From Patescibacteria group bacterium (GTDB lineage Bacteria; Patescibacteriota; Patescibacteriia; UBA10025; JAHIVO01): a DNA stretch of 64,000 nt. The translations under genes were made by a program, and so were the position numbers. Location of the stretch: positions 750,503 through 814,502 of the forward strand of contig JBAZWB010000001.1 of the NCBI GenBank assembly GCA_041660605.1. The letters are read 5' to 3'. Of the stretch, positions 19,334 through 28,985 are shown one piece after another (position 1 is the first letter of the stretch; the number at the start of each line of letters is the position of its first letter). Under the pieces are notes generated by a model, which was not told where the DNA came from, ran no database searches, and saw only the letters and a program-made list of their open reading frames with translations.

Positions 19334-20488
19334 TTATTTATTAGATGTATTATATAGCTTTTTTGCTTCCAGGGCAATCTCCAGCTCTTCGTCGGTGGCA
19401 ATGACCCTGACAGCCGGCTGAGGATGAATCTTCAATCCAGCCAGCGCTAATTTTCTGATAATCGGACTGCGCTCACCGATGCCTCCGGTAAAAATAATAT
19501 AATCGACTTTACCCAGAAGCAGGCAAAAGAAAGCTAAATATTTTCTCAGGCGATTTAAAAAAACGGCCAACGCTATCTTCGCGCGCTTCCTCTGTTTAAC
19601 GGAAAAACTTTTACGGCCGTGATAATCCACGACTGGCTGGCCGGCTGCCTTCAAAATTTCTCTCATATCAGAGCTGAATCCCGAAAGCCCCAGCAAACCG
19701 GATTTTTTATTAAGCATTGTTTCAATTTCCTGCACTTTTAAATGCGCCTCTTTTTGCAGAAACAGGGGTATATAAGGATCAAGATCGCCGCAGCGGGTGC
19801 CCATGACCAGGCCTTCCAATGGTGTGAATCCCAGAGAGGTTTCGATCGGCTGGCCCTTCAGACAGGCGGTCATTGAACAGCCATTGCCCAGATGAATGCT
19901 GATTAAATTAATTTTTTTAAGATTTTTACCTTCGTTAACAGCCAGTTTTTTGGCTACAAACTGATGCGAAATCCCATGAAAGCCGTATTTTCTGATTTTA
20001 TATTTTTTTTGCAATTCAAGAGGAAGAGCATATAAATAATGTTCCGGCGTCATATCTTTATAATAAGCAGTATCAAAAACCAAAACATTTTTTACCCGCG
20101 GAAATAAAGACAGGCAGGCTTTGGCGACCGCCAGGTTAACCGGATTATGCAGAGGCGCTAAATTATTGAATTGACTGATTTGCCAGATGATTTTTTTACT
20201 GGCAATCAGCGGCCGGTAAAATTTATCGCCGCCATGCACCACCCGATGCCCGACCAGCGCGATTTCCCGCTGGCGGTCCCCTAAATGCTCAATGATAATT
20301 TTCAGTGCCTGACGGTGGTTGGTTACCGATCCGGTGCGGATTATTTTTTTATTCAATGTCAAGAATGAGCCAGGCAGGCCAATGCGCTCAAGATTACCGC
20401 CTAATATTGTATTAAAATCCTTAAAATCAAATAATTTAAACTTCAGTGTGGCTGACCCGGCGTTCAAAATTAAAATATATTTTTTCAT
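19334..20488 (-). CDS. ackA: Acetate (acyl) kinase
   Basis: ILILNAGSATLKFKLF N-terminus, GFHGISH motif, ASKHU fold, about 384 aa. Confidence 0.75.
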   Translation of the reverse strand: MKKYILILNAGSATLKFKLFDFKDFNTILGGNLERIGLPGSFLTLNKKIIRTGSVTNHRQALKIIIEHLGDRQREIALVGHRVVHGGDKFYRPLIASKKIIWQISQFNNLAPLHNPVNLAVAKACLSLFPRVKNVLVFDTAYYKDMTPEHYLYALPLELQKKYKIRKYGFHGISHQFVAKKLAVNEGKNLKKINLISIHLGNGCSMTACLKGQPIETSLGFTPLEGLVMGTRCGDLDPYIPLFLQKEAHLKVQEIETMLNKKSGLLGLSGFSSDMREILKAAGQPVVDYHGRKSFSVKQRKRAKIALAVFLNRLRKYLAFFCLLLGKVDYIIFTGGIGERSPIIRKLALAGLKIHPQPAVRVIATDEELEIALEAKKLYNTSNK

Positions 20489-20790
20489 AAGACGGTTATA
20501 TAATTCTGTATCCGCTGCGCTTCTGCCTGCACCAGTTCGCTGTCGTACTGCCCGGAATGGCGGGAAGTGCCGGCATAGGAGGCTTTTTTCTCGTCAAAAT
20601 GGACGTTGATCTCGTATTGTTCCTGGTTTTCATTTATGTAAACATGAAAACGCGGATATAAGTAACCTCCCAGGCGCCTAGCAAAACTGGCTTGCCCGCT
20701 CTGACGATCGACATTCTGATGGTAGCCTAGCCTGTTCAGCAGCACTTTGAGATTATCTTTTAATTCCGCTTTATTTATATAGATGCGCAT
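20485..20790 (-). CDS. Hypothetical protein cotranscribed between PduL and ackA
   Basis: 101-aa ORF overlapping the ackA start by 4 nt. No family recognised. Confidence 0.45.
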   Translation of the reverse strand: MRIYINKAELKDNLKVLLNRLGYHQNVDRQSGQASFARRLGGYLYPRFHVYINENQEQYEINVHFDEKKASYAGTSRHSGQYDSELVQAEAQRIQNYITVL

Positions 20791-20799
20791 GCGTATTAA

Positions 20800-21384
20800 T
20801 TATTTTTTCAGCAATATGCCCTGGTCGCCTGGCTTGATTCCGGCGGCATTTGCTTCATCAGTATCAAGATGAAGCGCCAAGTCATCAACACCGGCGCGTG
20901 AACGCACGATGACTTTATTAAACACCAGTTTTCTCTCCCCTTCTATTCTCACGGCCACCTCCTGCAAATGCTTCAGGCCCCAGTCTTTGGCCAGCGAGGG
21001 TGTAATATGCAAATGGCGCTTGGCGACAATCACGCCAGTTTTCAATTCTACACTACCGGCTGGCCCAACCAGCGTCACGCTGTCATTAACACCGCCATTC
21101 TCTCCGGACAAAGCTAACATTGGCTTTATGCCCAAATAATAACAATCAGTGACAGACAGCTCAAACTGCGTTTTTTCCCGGTTTGGGCCGACGATTCTCA
21201 CCTCTTTAAATAAATTCTTAGGGCCAACCACCTTGAGAGCTTCTTTGGCGGCATACTGCCCGGGCTGCGATATTTTTTTCAGCGGCTGAAGCGCATAGCC
21301 TTTGCCAAAAAGTTTTTCCAGATCATTATTGCCCAGGTGAATGTGACGCGCGGAAATTTCAATGGGAATTTTAATATTAGCCAT
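20800..21384 (-). CDS. PduL-type phosphate acyltransferase (phosphotransacetylase/propanoyltransferase)
   Basis: Two PduL repeats, each with the His motif (ISARHIHL ... VAKRHLHITP), about 194 aa. Confidence 0.75.
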   Translation of the reverse strand: MANIKIPIEISARHIHLGNNDLEKLFGKGYALQPLKKISQPGQYAAKEALKVVGPKNLFKEVRIVGPNREKTQFELSVTDCYYLGIKPMLALSGENGGVNDSVTLVGPAGSVELKTGVIVAKRHLHITPSLAKDWGLKHLQEVAVRIEGERKLVFNKVIVRSRAGVDDLALHLDTDEANAAGIKPGDQGILLKK

Positions 21385-21386
21385 AA

Positions 21387-22973
21387 TTAATACATTAATA
21401 AATTATGCCCGGTCATTTCTTCCGACGGCTCCAGCCCCATATATGCCAGAATAGTGACCGCCACATCAGATAAAATACCGGTTGGCTGCAGCATGCTCAG
21501 ATCATGGTCGACTATCATATCTTTATACAATGTCTGTCCTTTCCATTTGTTGGCTACGGCAATAAAAGGCACGGGGTTGACGCTGTGCTCCTTGTCCATT
21601 TCTCCTGTCTGGAGATTTGTCAGCTCCTCGGCATTGCCGTGATCAGCAGTCAGGAAGACAAGCCCGTCATGCTGCAGGACGGCTTTAACCACCTTGCCCA
21701 CCGCCTCGTCAACTGCTTCTATAGCTTTTATAGTCGGCTTGATTCTGCCTGAATGCCCGACCATGTCAGGATTGGGAAAATTTACCACGATAAAATCAAA
21801 TTTATTGCTTTTAATCTCTTTCAGCAGCTTTTCTGTAAGTTTAGACGAGCTCATCTCCGGCTTCAAATCATAAGAGGCTACCGCTGGTGACGGAATAATG
21901 ACATTCTCCTGTCCTTTATAAGGTTTTTCCTGGCCGCCGTTGAAGAAATAAGTCACGTGAGCGTATTTTTCCGTTTCTGAAATATGCAGCTGCTTCAGAC
22001 CGGCTTCTGAGATCACCCGGCACATGGGATATTCAATTTTCTCCGGAGGAAAGGCCACTTCCACGGGCAGATCGGCGTCGTATTGGGTCATGGTGACAAA
22101 AAACAAATTTTTTAGATACTTCCTTTTGAATTTATCGAAGCCCGGCAGAACAAAAGCTTTGGTCAGCTGACGCGCTCGGTCAGGCCGGAAATTAAAAAAG
22201 ATAATCGCGTCATTGTCTTCGATGACGGTAGTAGGCTTGCCGGCCTCTCCGATGACCGTCGGAATGAATTCCTCGTCATAAACTTCTTTTTCGTACGACT
22301 CATTAACGATTTTCAGGGGATCCTGGCCGTATTTCTCGGCGACTCCCTCAGCTATTGCCCGGTAGGCTTTTTCTTCGCGCTCCCAGCGGTTGTCCCGATC
22401 CATGGCATAATATCGTCCGCAGAGGGTGGCTATCTCACCGATTTTAAGTTCTTTTATTTTCCGCTGTACTTTTTTTATAAATTCAGCGCCGCTGTCTCGC
22501 GGTGCGTCCCGCCCGTCCAGAATCAAATGCAGCATGACTTTACTGATTTTTTCATTCTTGCATAATTCCATCAAAGCAAAAAGATGATCGGTTGAACTGT
22601 GCACGCCGCCCGGACCGATCATTCCCAGCAAATGCATGGTGGATTTGTTCTTCCTGACATGCGCTACGGCTTTAAGGAAGGCTTCATTGGTAAAAAATAC
22701 CCCTTCAGTTATCGCCTTGGAAATGCGCGGCAGATTCTGATATATTATCCGGCCGGCTCCAAGATTCAAATGTCCTACTTCTGAGTTTCCCATTTCACCC
22801 CAAGGCAGTCCGACTGCTTCACTGGAAGCCTGCAGAGACATAGTGGGAAAATTATCAACCAGCCAGTCAAGATTTGGCTTCTTGGCCTGACTGATCGGAT
22901 TGCTGGCCCCGGACGGTGAAATGCCCAGGCCATCTAATATTATTAGGACTGTTGGTTTATTTGGAATCGGCAT
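21387..22973 (-). CDS. gpmI: 2,3-bisphosphoglycerate-independent phosphoglycerate mutase (iPGM), copy 1
   Basis: LIILDGLG, GNSEVGHLNLGAGR (Ser nucleophile), full length 528 aa. Confidence 0.9.
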   Translation of the reverse strand: MPIPNKPTVLIILDGLGISPSGASNPISQAKKPNLDWLVDNFPTMSLQASSEAVGLPWGEMGNSEVGHLNLGAGRIIYQNLPRISKAITEGVFFTNEAFLKAVAHVRKNKSTMHLLGMIGPGGVHSSTDHLFALMELCKNEKISKVMLHLILDGRDAPRDSGAEFIKKVQRKIKELKIGEIATLCGRYYAMDRDNRWEREEKAYRAIAEGVAEKYGQDPLKIVNESYEKEVYDEEFIPTVIGEAGKPTTVIEDNDAIIFFNFRPDRARQLTKAFVLPGFDKFKRKYLKNLFFVTMTQYDADLPVEVAFPPEKIEYPMCRVISEAGLKQLHISETEKYAHVTYFFNGGQEKPYKGQENVIIPSPAVASYDLKPEMSSSKLTEKLLKEIKSNKFDFIVVNFPNPDMVGHSGRIKPTIKAIEAVDEAVGKVVKAVLQHDGLVFLTADHGNAEELTNLQTGEMDKEHSVNPVPFIAVANKWKGQTLYKDMIVDHDLSMLQPTGILSDVAVTILAYMGLEPSEEMTGHNLLMY

Positions 22974-24505
22974 AAAATTTTATTACCCATTTCCCTGGGT
23001 TTCTTTCGGCCCATCATGTGGATTATAGTGGGCGCAATATCTGAAAGGACGCCCTTTTTTACAGCTTCATCTCTGGAAATATGCTTATTAAATATTATAA
23101 AAGGTACCGGATTAGCGGAATGCGAAGTGTCCACCTGCCCTGTTTCCAGATCTATCATTTCTTCTATATTACCATGATCGGCGATGACAATCATAGTCCC
23201 GTCTTTTTTCCCTATAATATTTTGCAGGCGTCCGACGCAATAATCCACTTTCTGCACCGCCTTGATGCCGGCGGCCAAATCACCAGTATGGCCAATCATG
23301 TCAGGATTCGGATAATTTACCAGAATAAAATCATATTTATCCTGCTCAATGGACTTTACGATTATATCCGTCAGCTGATCAGCGCTCATTTCTGGCTTAT
23401 CCTTATATGAAGGTATAGTGGGCGATTTTACCATTATTCTGCTCTCTCCGGCTATAGTATGGTCATGACCGCCGTTTATAAAATATGTAACATGGGCGAA
23501 TTTTTCTGTTTCTGAAATATAGAGCTGCCTCAGTCCCTGCAAAGCGGCCGGCAGCGTGTCATGCAGCACCCGGGCCGGATATGCAGGTAAAACTCCAGGC
23601 AAATCCGGGCCAAAATCAGTCAGAGTAACCATTAAAAGATTTTTTAATACTTTGTCTCTTTTGAAACCAATAAAATCCGGCTGGACCAGGGCTTTGGTCA
23701 GTTCCCGCACCCGGTCTGAGCGCAGATTGAAAAAAATTACAGTATCATTATCACAGATTCGGCCATTGGCCTGGCCATCAGAATTTATTACAGTCGGCAT
23801 GATATATTCATCATTTTCATGCCGGTTGTAAGCCTGCAGAACCGCTTCCTGCGCGTCCCTGGCCTGGTGCCCTTTGCCCATGACCAGCGCTTCATAAGCC
23901 ATTTTCGTCCTGGCCCATTCTTTGATGCGATCCATGGCGTAGTACCTGCCGATTATCGTGCCAATTTTTTCACTATTTACCAAAATCTTTTTCAGCTTAT
24001 TCAACAGTTTGATGGCCAGAAACTGATAAGAATCGCGGCCATCCGTAAAAAGATGCAGGCAGACTTTGTGGACATTTTTCAATCTGGCAAAAGTCAGCAG
24101 GGCCAGCAAATGATCAGGGTCGGCATGCGCCGACTGCTGATCGGTTATCAGGCCCATCAAATGCAGAGTGGAATTATTTTTTTTAACGTGATGAATGGCC
24201 GCCAAAAAAGCCGGATTGCGGAAAAAAGTCCCTTCATTTATCGATCTGGAAATTATCACCGATTCCTGCTCAACTATACGTCCGGCTCCGATATTCAGGT
24301 GCCCGGCTTCGGAATTTCCATCCTGCCCCGGCGGCAATCCCACGTCCTTGCCTGAAGCCCCCAATAATGAATGCGGATAATTATCCATCAAAGTATCAAT
24401 CACCGGCGTATTGCCCAGGGCAACGGCATTGCCGCGGGTTTCCTTGGTAATGCCCCAACCGTCCAGAATTACCAAGACAAAAGGATTTGTTTTTTTCTTG
24501 TCCAT
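22943..24505 (-). CDS. gpmI: 2,3-bisphosphoglycerate-independent phosphoglycerate mutase (iPGM), divergent copy 2
   Basis: LVILDGWG, GNSEAGHLNIGAGR, 520 aa. Overlaps copy 1 by 31 nt. Confidence 0.9.
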   Translation of the reverse strand: MDKKKTNPFVLVILDGWGITKETRGNAVALGNTPVIDTLMDNYPHSLLGASGKDVGLPPGQDGNSEAGHLNIGAGRIVEQESVIISRSINEGTFFRNPAFLAAIHHVKKNNSTLHLMGLITDQQSAHADPDHLLALLTFARLKNVHKVCLHLFTDGRDSYQFLAIKLLNKLKKILVNSEKIGTIIGRYYAMDRIKEWARTKMAYEALVMGKGHQARDAQEAVLQAYNRHENDEYIMPTVINSDGQANGRICDNDTVIFFNLRSDRVRELTKALVQPDFIGFKRDKVLKNLLMVTLTDFGPDLPGVLPAYPARVLHDTLPAALQGLRQLYISETEKFAHVTYFINGGHDHTIAGESRIMVKSPTIPSYKDKPEMSADQLTDIIVKSIEQDKYDFILVNYPNPDMIGHTGDLAAGIKAVQKVDYCVGRLQNIIGKKDGTMIVIADHGNIEEMIDLETGQVDTSHSANPVPFIIFNKHISRDEAVKKGVLSDIAPTIIHMMGRKKPREMGNKILCRFQINQQS

Positions 24506-24508
24506 ACT

Positions 24509-25771
24509 TTAAATTTCTTCTTCAATGGCCATTAATCTGTTATATTTTTCCGTTCTTTCGCCGCGAGCCGGCCCAACCTTTATGTACTCGGCATTTACCG
24601 CTACTGCCAGATCGACCATGAAAGTGTCGTTAGTTTCCCCTCCTCCGCGATGGGAAATTACCTGCCAAAACTTATTTCTTCGCCCAAGCTGTATAGTTTT
24701 TATGGTTTCCGAGAGGGTGCCAATCTGATTTAGCTTTATCAAAACAGCATTAATGGCTTTGCATTCAATGGCTTTTTTAACGCGTTCGCTGTTAGTGACA
24801 GTCAGATCATCGCCGATGATCCTGGTCCGCCCGCCTAGCTCGGAAAATAAATTCGTCCAGCCCGCCCAGTCATCTTCGGCTAACCCGTCTTCTATGGAAA
24901 TGATCGGGTATTTACTCAGCCACTCATTATATAGGGCAATCATCTGATCGGAAGAAAGAGCGGCATTTTCTCTTTTCAATAAATATTTTTGCTCAGCTTT
25001 ATCATAGAATTCTGAAGACGCCGGATCCAGCGAAAGAGACACGTCGCGGCCGGGTTTGTAACCTGCCTGCTGAATGGCCTGCACCATCAATTTCAAAGGC
25101 TCTTCGTTGGTTTCAATGCCGGCCGGTGCAAAGGCTCCCTCATTGCCGACGTTGGTATTCAGGCCTTTTGTTTTTAAAACGCTTTTTAGGGCCTGATAGC
25201 ATTCCTCCCCCCAGCGTACTGCCTCACGAACGCTTTTGGTGCCGTTGACGCTGAATAAATATTCCTGGAAATCAGTGGAATCATCAGCATGCTTTCCGCC
25301 CTCCATCACTACCATCATCGGCCGCGGGAGCGAATAACCTTTGTATGGCAATTTGAACGCCTGGCGGATGAATTGGTAAAGAGGTATTTTTAGCGAAGCC
25401 GCGGCCGTGCGCGCAGCTGCCAAAGAAACGGAGAGGAGGCTATTGCCTCCCAGCTTGGCTTTATTCGGAGTACCGTCGAGCTTCAGCATTATTTGATCAA
25501 TTTTTTCTAATTCAAAAATGTTTCTACCGATAATCTTCGGCGCGATTATTTCATTGACAATCTTGCAGGCCCTGAGCATGCCTTGTCCGTTATAACGCTT
25601 CTTATCGCCGTCAAAAAGCACTGCCGCTTCATGAATGCCGGCCGAGGCTCCAAAAGGTACAGAGGCTTTTTCTTTGACGCCATTTTCCAGCTCAATCTGG
25701 CATTCTATGGAAGGCGTACCGCCGGAAGCCAAAATTTCACGGGCTTTTACATTTTTTATTTTCTCATTCAT
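24509..25771 (-). CDS. eno: Enolase
   Basis: IKNVKAREILASGGTPSIECQIELENG N-terminus. Enolase signature region present. Confidence 0.9.
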   Translation of the reverse strand: MNEKIKNVKAREILASGGTPSIECQIELENGVKEKASVPFGASAGIHEAAVLFDGDKKRYNGQGMLRACKIVNEIIAPKIIGRNIFELEKIDQIMLKLDGTPNKAKLGGNSLLSVSLAAARTAAASLKIPLYQFIRQAFKLPYKGYSLPRPMMVVMEGGKHADDSTDFQEYLFSVNGTKSVREAVRWGEECYQALKSVLKTKGLNTNVGNEGAFAPAGIETNEEPLKLMVQAIQQAGYKPGRDVSLSLDPASSEFYDKAEQKYLLKRENAALSSDQMIALYNEWLSKYPIISIEDGLAEDDWAGWTNLFSELGGRTRIIGDDLTVTNSERVKKAIECKAINAVLIKLNQIGTLSETIKTIQLGRRNKFWQVISHRGGGETNDTFMVDLAVAVNAEYIKVGPARGERTEKYNRLMAIEEEI

Positions 25772-25774
25772 TTT

Positions 25775-26944
25775 TTAAATAATTAATGGTTCTAAGGCTG
25801 GCAGAGTGCCTTTTTCTATGAATTCCAGCATGGCACCGCCGCCGGTGGAGACAAAAGACATTTTCTTCTTAAAACCTGCAAGCTTAATGGCTTCAATGGT
25901 ATCGCCGCCGCCCACAATGCTCTCAGCGCCGCTGTCGGCCACTTCTTTGGCAACCTGCGATGTGCCCTGCGCAAAATTCTTCAGTTCAAAATAGCCCATC
26001 GGACCGCCCCAGACGATCGTTTTTGCCTGCTTGATTATTAAGCCGAATAATTTAATTGTATCCGGGCCGATATCCAGAATATATTCATTGTCGGTAACGC
26101 TGCCGACCGCACGGATGGATGTTATCGCCGTTGCATCAATTTTATTGGCAGTCACCACGTCCACTGGCAAATGTATTTGATTACTGGTCAGATCTAATTT
26201 TTTTACATTTTCCTCCATGCCCTCTTCAACCAAAGATTTACCGACTGAAACACCCTTGGCTTTTAATATGGTATTGGCCAGCGCTCCGCCGATCAGCACG
26301 TGGTCAGCCAGATGCATAAACTGATTTATGACATTTAACTTATCGGAAATCTTAGCGCCGCCGATAATTGCTATCAGGGGGCGCCTGGGATTGTCCAAGG
26401 CGCCGGATAGAACGCGCACCTCTTCCTGCAATCTGAAACCAGCGTAGGCAGGCAAAAACTTCGGTACCCCGGTCATGGAGGCGTGCCGGCGGTGGCAGTT
26501 GGCAAAAGCTTCATTGACGTATATTTCGGCCAAAGAAGCCAGCTGTTTGGCAAATGATTCATCGTCTGTCTCTTCTTCTGCGTGAAAACGCAGGTTTTCC
26601 AGTAAAATAACCTCTCCGGATTTCATTTTCGCAATGGCATTTTCCACCATTGGACCGACGCAATCATTTAGCTTCACAACTTTCTTTCCCAAATGTTTTT
26701 CCAGGCTCTCACCGACTTTATTCATGGAAAGTTTCGGTATCACTTTGCCTTTTGGCCGGCCGTTGTGCCCGCATAAAATCAGCTTGCCTCCTTTTCCCAG
26801 AATATATTTCAAGGTCTCCAGGCACTCTATAATTCTTTCGTCTTCCACAATATTTCCCTGCTCATCAAAAGGCACGTCAAAACCGCATCTAACCAGTGTT
26901 CGTTTATTTAGAAAATCTGTCCCTTTAATGGATCTCAGTTTCAT
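25775..26944 (-). CDS. pgk: Phosphoglycerate kinase
   Basis: RCGFDVP N-terminal motif, GGGA...GGGDT hinge motifs. Confidence 0.9.
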   Translation of the reverse strand: MKLRSIKGTDFLNKRTLVRCGFDVPFDEQGNIVEDERIIECLETLKYILGKGGKLILCGHNGRPKGKVIPKLSMNKVGESLEKHLGKKVVKLNDCVGPMVENAIAKMKSGEVILLENLRFHAEEETDDESFAKQLASLAEIYVNEAFANCHRRHASMTGVPKFLPAYAGFRLQEEVRVLSGALDNPRRPLIAIIGGAKISDKLNVINQFMHLADHVLIGGALANTILKAKGVSVGKSLVEEGMEENVKKLDLTSNQIHLPVDVVTANKIDATAITSIRAVGSVTDNEYILDIGPDTIKLFGLIIKQAKTIVWGGPMGYFELKNFAQGTSQVAKEVADSGAESIVGGGDTIEAIKLAGFKKKMSFVSTGGGAMLEFIEKGTLPALEPLII

Positions 26945-27040
26945 AATTGTTATTTAACTTGTATAACTATTATAGCACATTTTCTGAAAAAAATCAATAT
27001 CACAAAACAACTGGTTTTGGCAGTTTGTCACTATTTAATT

Positions 27041-27298
27041 TTACTTTTCTCCTTCCACCACCGTTATGCTCAACTCCCGACCTTTCCCTTTTTTAATCAT
27101 TAATAAGGCATTTTCTGCCAAGGTATTCCTTTTAACCAATTCAAAATTAAACTGCAGATTTTCTGACGACAGCTCCTGGTTATGCTCAATTATTTTACCT
27201 AATTTAACGGTAATCCTGGTAATTTTTTTGAGCTTGTTTTTTTTGGCGATTTCCAACGCAGTTTTCACAATATCCTGCGCCGCAATTAAATCATGCAT
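27041..27298 (-). CDS. HypA-like nickel-metallochaperone N-terminal domain only (lacks the CxxC...CxxC zinc-finger domain)
   Basis: MHDLIAAQDIVKTALEIAKKNKLKKITRITVKLGKI aligns to the HypA N-terminus (MHE Ni-binding start). The ORF ends at 85 aa and has no Cys. Confidence 0.55.
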   Translation of the reverse strand: MHDLIAAQDIVKTALEIAKKNKLKKITRITVKLGKIIEHNQELSSENLQFNFELVKRNTLAENALLMIKKGKGRELSITVVEGEK

Positions 27299-27332
27299 TA
27301 CAAATGAATAATTTAAAATTAATAATGTATAA

Positions 27333-27698
27333 TTAATGTTTTGAATTTTTGATAATGGTCGTTAAAATCTTTATTATCTCTTCAGACTTGCCTTTTAATA
27401 ATTCCTGGGATTTTTTTTGAATTTTATTACTAGAAAAAATAAAAATTAGCCAATTGTCAGTTTCGATTGTGGATTTTCTTGCTGTTTGTAAGTAATTAAT
27501 AAAGTCTCTTTTGGTGACAGCGCCGGATCCCTCGGCAATATTCCCGGCTATTGAAGTAACGGATCTGACTATTTGATTAATCAATACACGATTAATTGAA
27601 TCATATTTAATCTTTTTACACAGATCAAATATCATCAGACTCAAAGTAAATGATTTTTTCCAAATATCAAGATCGCGATATCTCTTAAAATCACTCAT
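27333..27698 (-). CDS. Four-helix-bundle protein (23S rRNA intervening-sequence protein family)
   Basis: DLDIWKKS ... LINQIVRSVTSIAGNIAEGSG ... TKRDFINYLQTARKSTIETDNWL matches the family. Wedged with 27-34-nt spacers between the hypA-like gene and hydA. Confidence 0.8.
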   Translation of the reverse strand: MSDFKRYRDLDIWKKSFTLSLMIFDLCKKIKYDSINRVLINQIVRSVTSIAGNIAEGSGAVTKRDFINYLQTARKSTIETDNWLIFIFSSNKIQKKSQELLKGKSEEIIKILTTIIKNSKH

Positions 27699-27725
27699 TT
27701 TACATTATTAATTAATAATTATACA

Positions 27726-28985
27726 TTAATGTGTGGCACAGGTCATGCACGGATCATATGCCCTGATCATCATGGCTAATTTTCTCTGATTGTTTTTATT
27801 TTCAATATTCTTCAATTCTCCGATGTAAGCGCGTAAATCCTCTTCCAAATTATTTATAAACTGGGCAGTCGGCGTAATGATATTTACATTCTTCAGTATT
27901 CCGTATTTATCAGTTTCATAATAGTGCAGCAAAATACCGCGGGGTGCTTCAATCGCCCCAACCCCCTGCCCGGCCCTGACAGCATATTTAACCATTGGAC
28001 GTTCGTGCTTCATGTTTAAATATTTTTTCAGCAGTTTTTGCGCTTCTTCCATAAAATGAATCATTTCAATCCCCTGGCAATAAACATTCAAGAATGAGTT
28101 GGTCAGCGGCATATTCAATTTAATGTGCTGAAACGCTTGTTTGGCAATAGGATTTAATTGCTTCCAATTATTATTAATCCGCGATAAGGCACCGACCCAG
28201 TAAGTCTGTCCATTAAATCTCGTTCTCTTCACATAATCATCGCCTGATTGTATTTCCTCTACTTTTTTTATAAAACTTTCCGGCGTGGTTTTCAATCCTT
28301 TTGTGGAAACAACCTGCCCGTCATAAAAACCATATTCACTTTTTGAATGGAGCGCGATATATTCAGTTGAACGGCTGAACTTGGGAAATTTTAAATGCGA
28401 AAAAAAGTGAGCTAGCTCCACCGCTGATTGTAGTACCTCGGTACTGTCATCCAGTAATTTTTTTAGCTCATGTTTGTCTGGAAGTTTCAGAAATCCGCCG
28501 ACTTGCGAATTAACCGGATGCAAAGCTCGGCCGCCGATTATTTTCGTGAACCGATTTCCAAACTCTCTGATTTTTAGGGCAATTACAGATTGTTTTGGCG
28601 CTAACTTTAATAAATCCAGAGCTGAATCCCTGCCATAAAAATCCGGTATGCTCATAAAATATGCGTGCACTCCGTGCGAAGTCAGCATCTGCCCGATCAT
28701 CATCAGCTTGCGCAATATCGTAGTGCCAGAGTCAACCTTAACCTTCATGGCTTTTTCCAAGGCCTGTATGGCTGTTAAATTATGGACTATCGGGCAAACT
28801 CCGCAGATCCTGGAAGTGACAAGCGGCGCGTCCATATAATTCCGGCCGACTAAAATGCCTTCCATCAGACGCGCGCCTTCCAGCGTGTGATAGCGCGCTT
28901 CAGCCATTTTACCGGTTTTCAGCGCTCCCCAGAATGTTGCGTGGCCTTCTATTCTTGTAACGTGTTTTATGATTACGGTTTTCAT
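27726..28985 (-). CDS. [NiFe] hydrogenase large (catalytic alpha) subunit, group 3b-like
   Basis: N-terminal RIEGHATF and RICGVCPIVH (L1 motif). C-terminal DPCMTCATH (DPCxxCxxH) at the extreme C-terminus. Confidence 0.85.
   Translation of the reverse strand: MKTVIIKHVTRIEGHATFWGALKTGKMAEARYHTLEGARLMEGILVGRNYMDAPLVTSRICGVCPIVHNLTAIQALEKAMKVKVDSGTTILRKLMMIGQMLTSHGVHAYFMSIPDFYGRDSALDLLKLAPKQSVIALKIREFGNRFTKIIGGRALHPVNSQVGGFLKLPDKHELKKLLDDSTEVLQSAVELAHFFSHLKFPKFSRSTEYIALHSKSEYGFYDGQVVSTKGLKTTPESFIKKVEEIQSGDDYVKRTRFNGQTYWVGALSRINNNWKQLNPIAKQAFQHIKLNMPLTNSFLNVYCQGIEMIHFMEEAQKLLKKYLNMKHERPMVKYAVRAGQGVGAIEAPRGILLHYYETDKYGILKNVNIITPTAQFINNLEEDLRAYIGELKNIENKNNQRKLAMMIRAYDPCMTCATH

Noticed and set aside
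27299-27725. Inverted-repeat bracket of the four-helix-bundle gene inside the hydrogenase operon as strong evidence on its own
   Set aside because: The flanks are only 27-34 nt and purely A/T (AATTAATAATGTATAATTAATG-like). Similarity of this size is expected by chance in AT-rich spacers. I kept it only as part of the broader four-cassette pattern.
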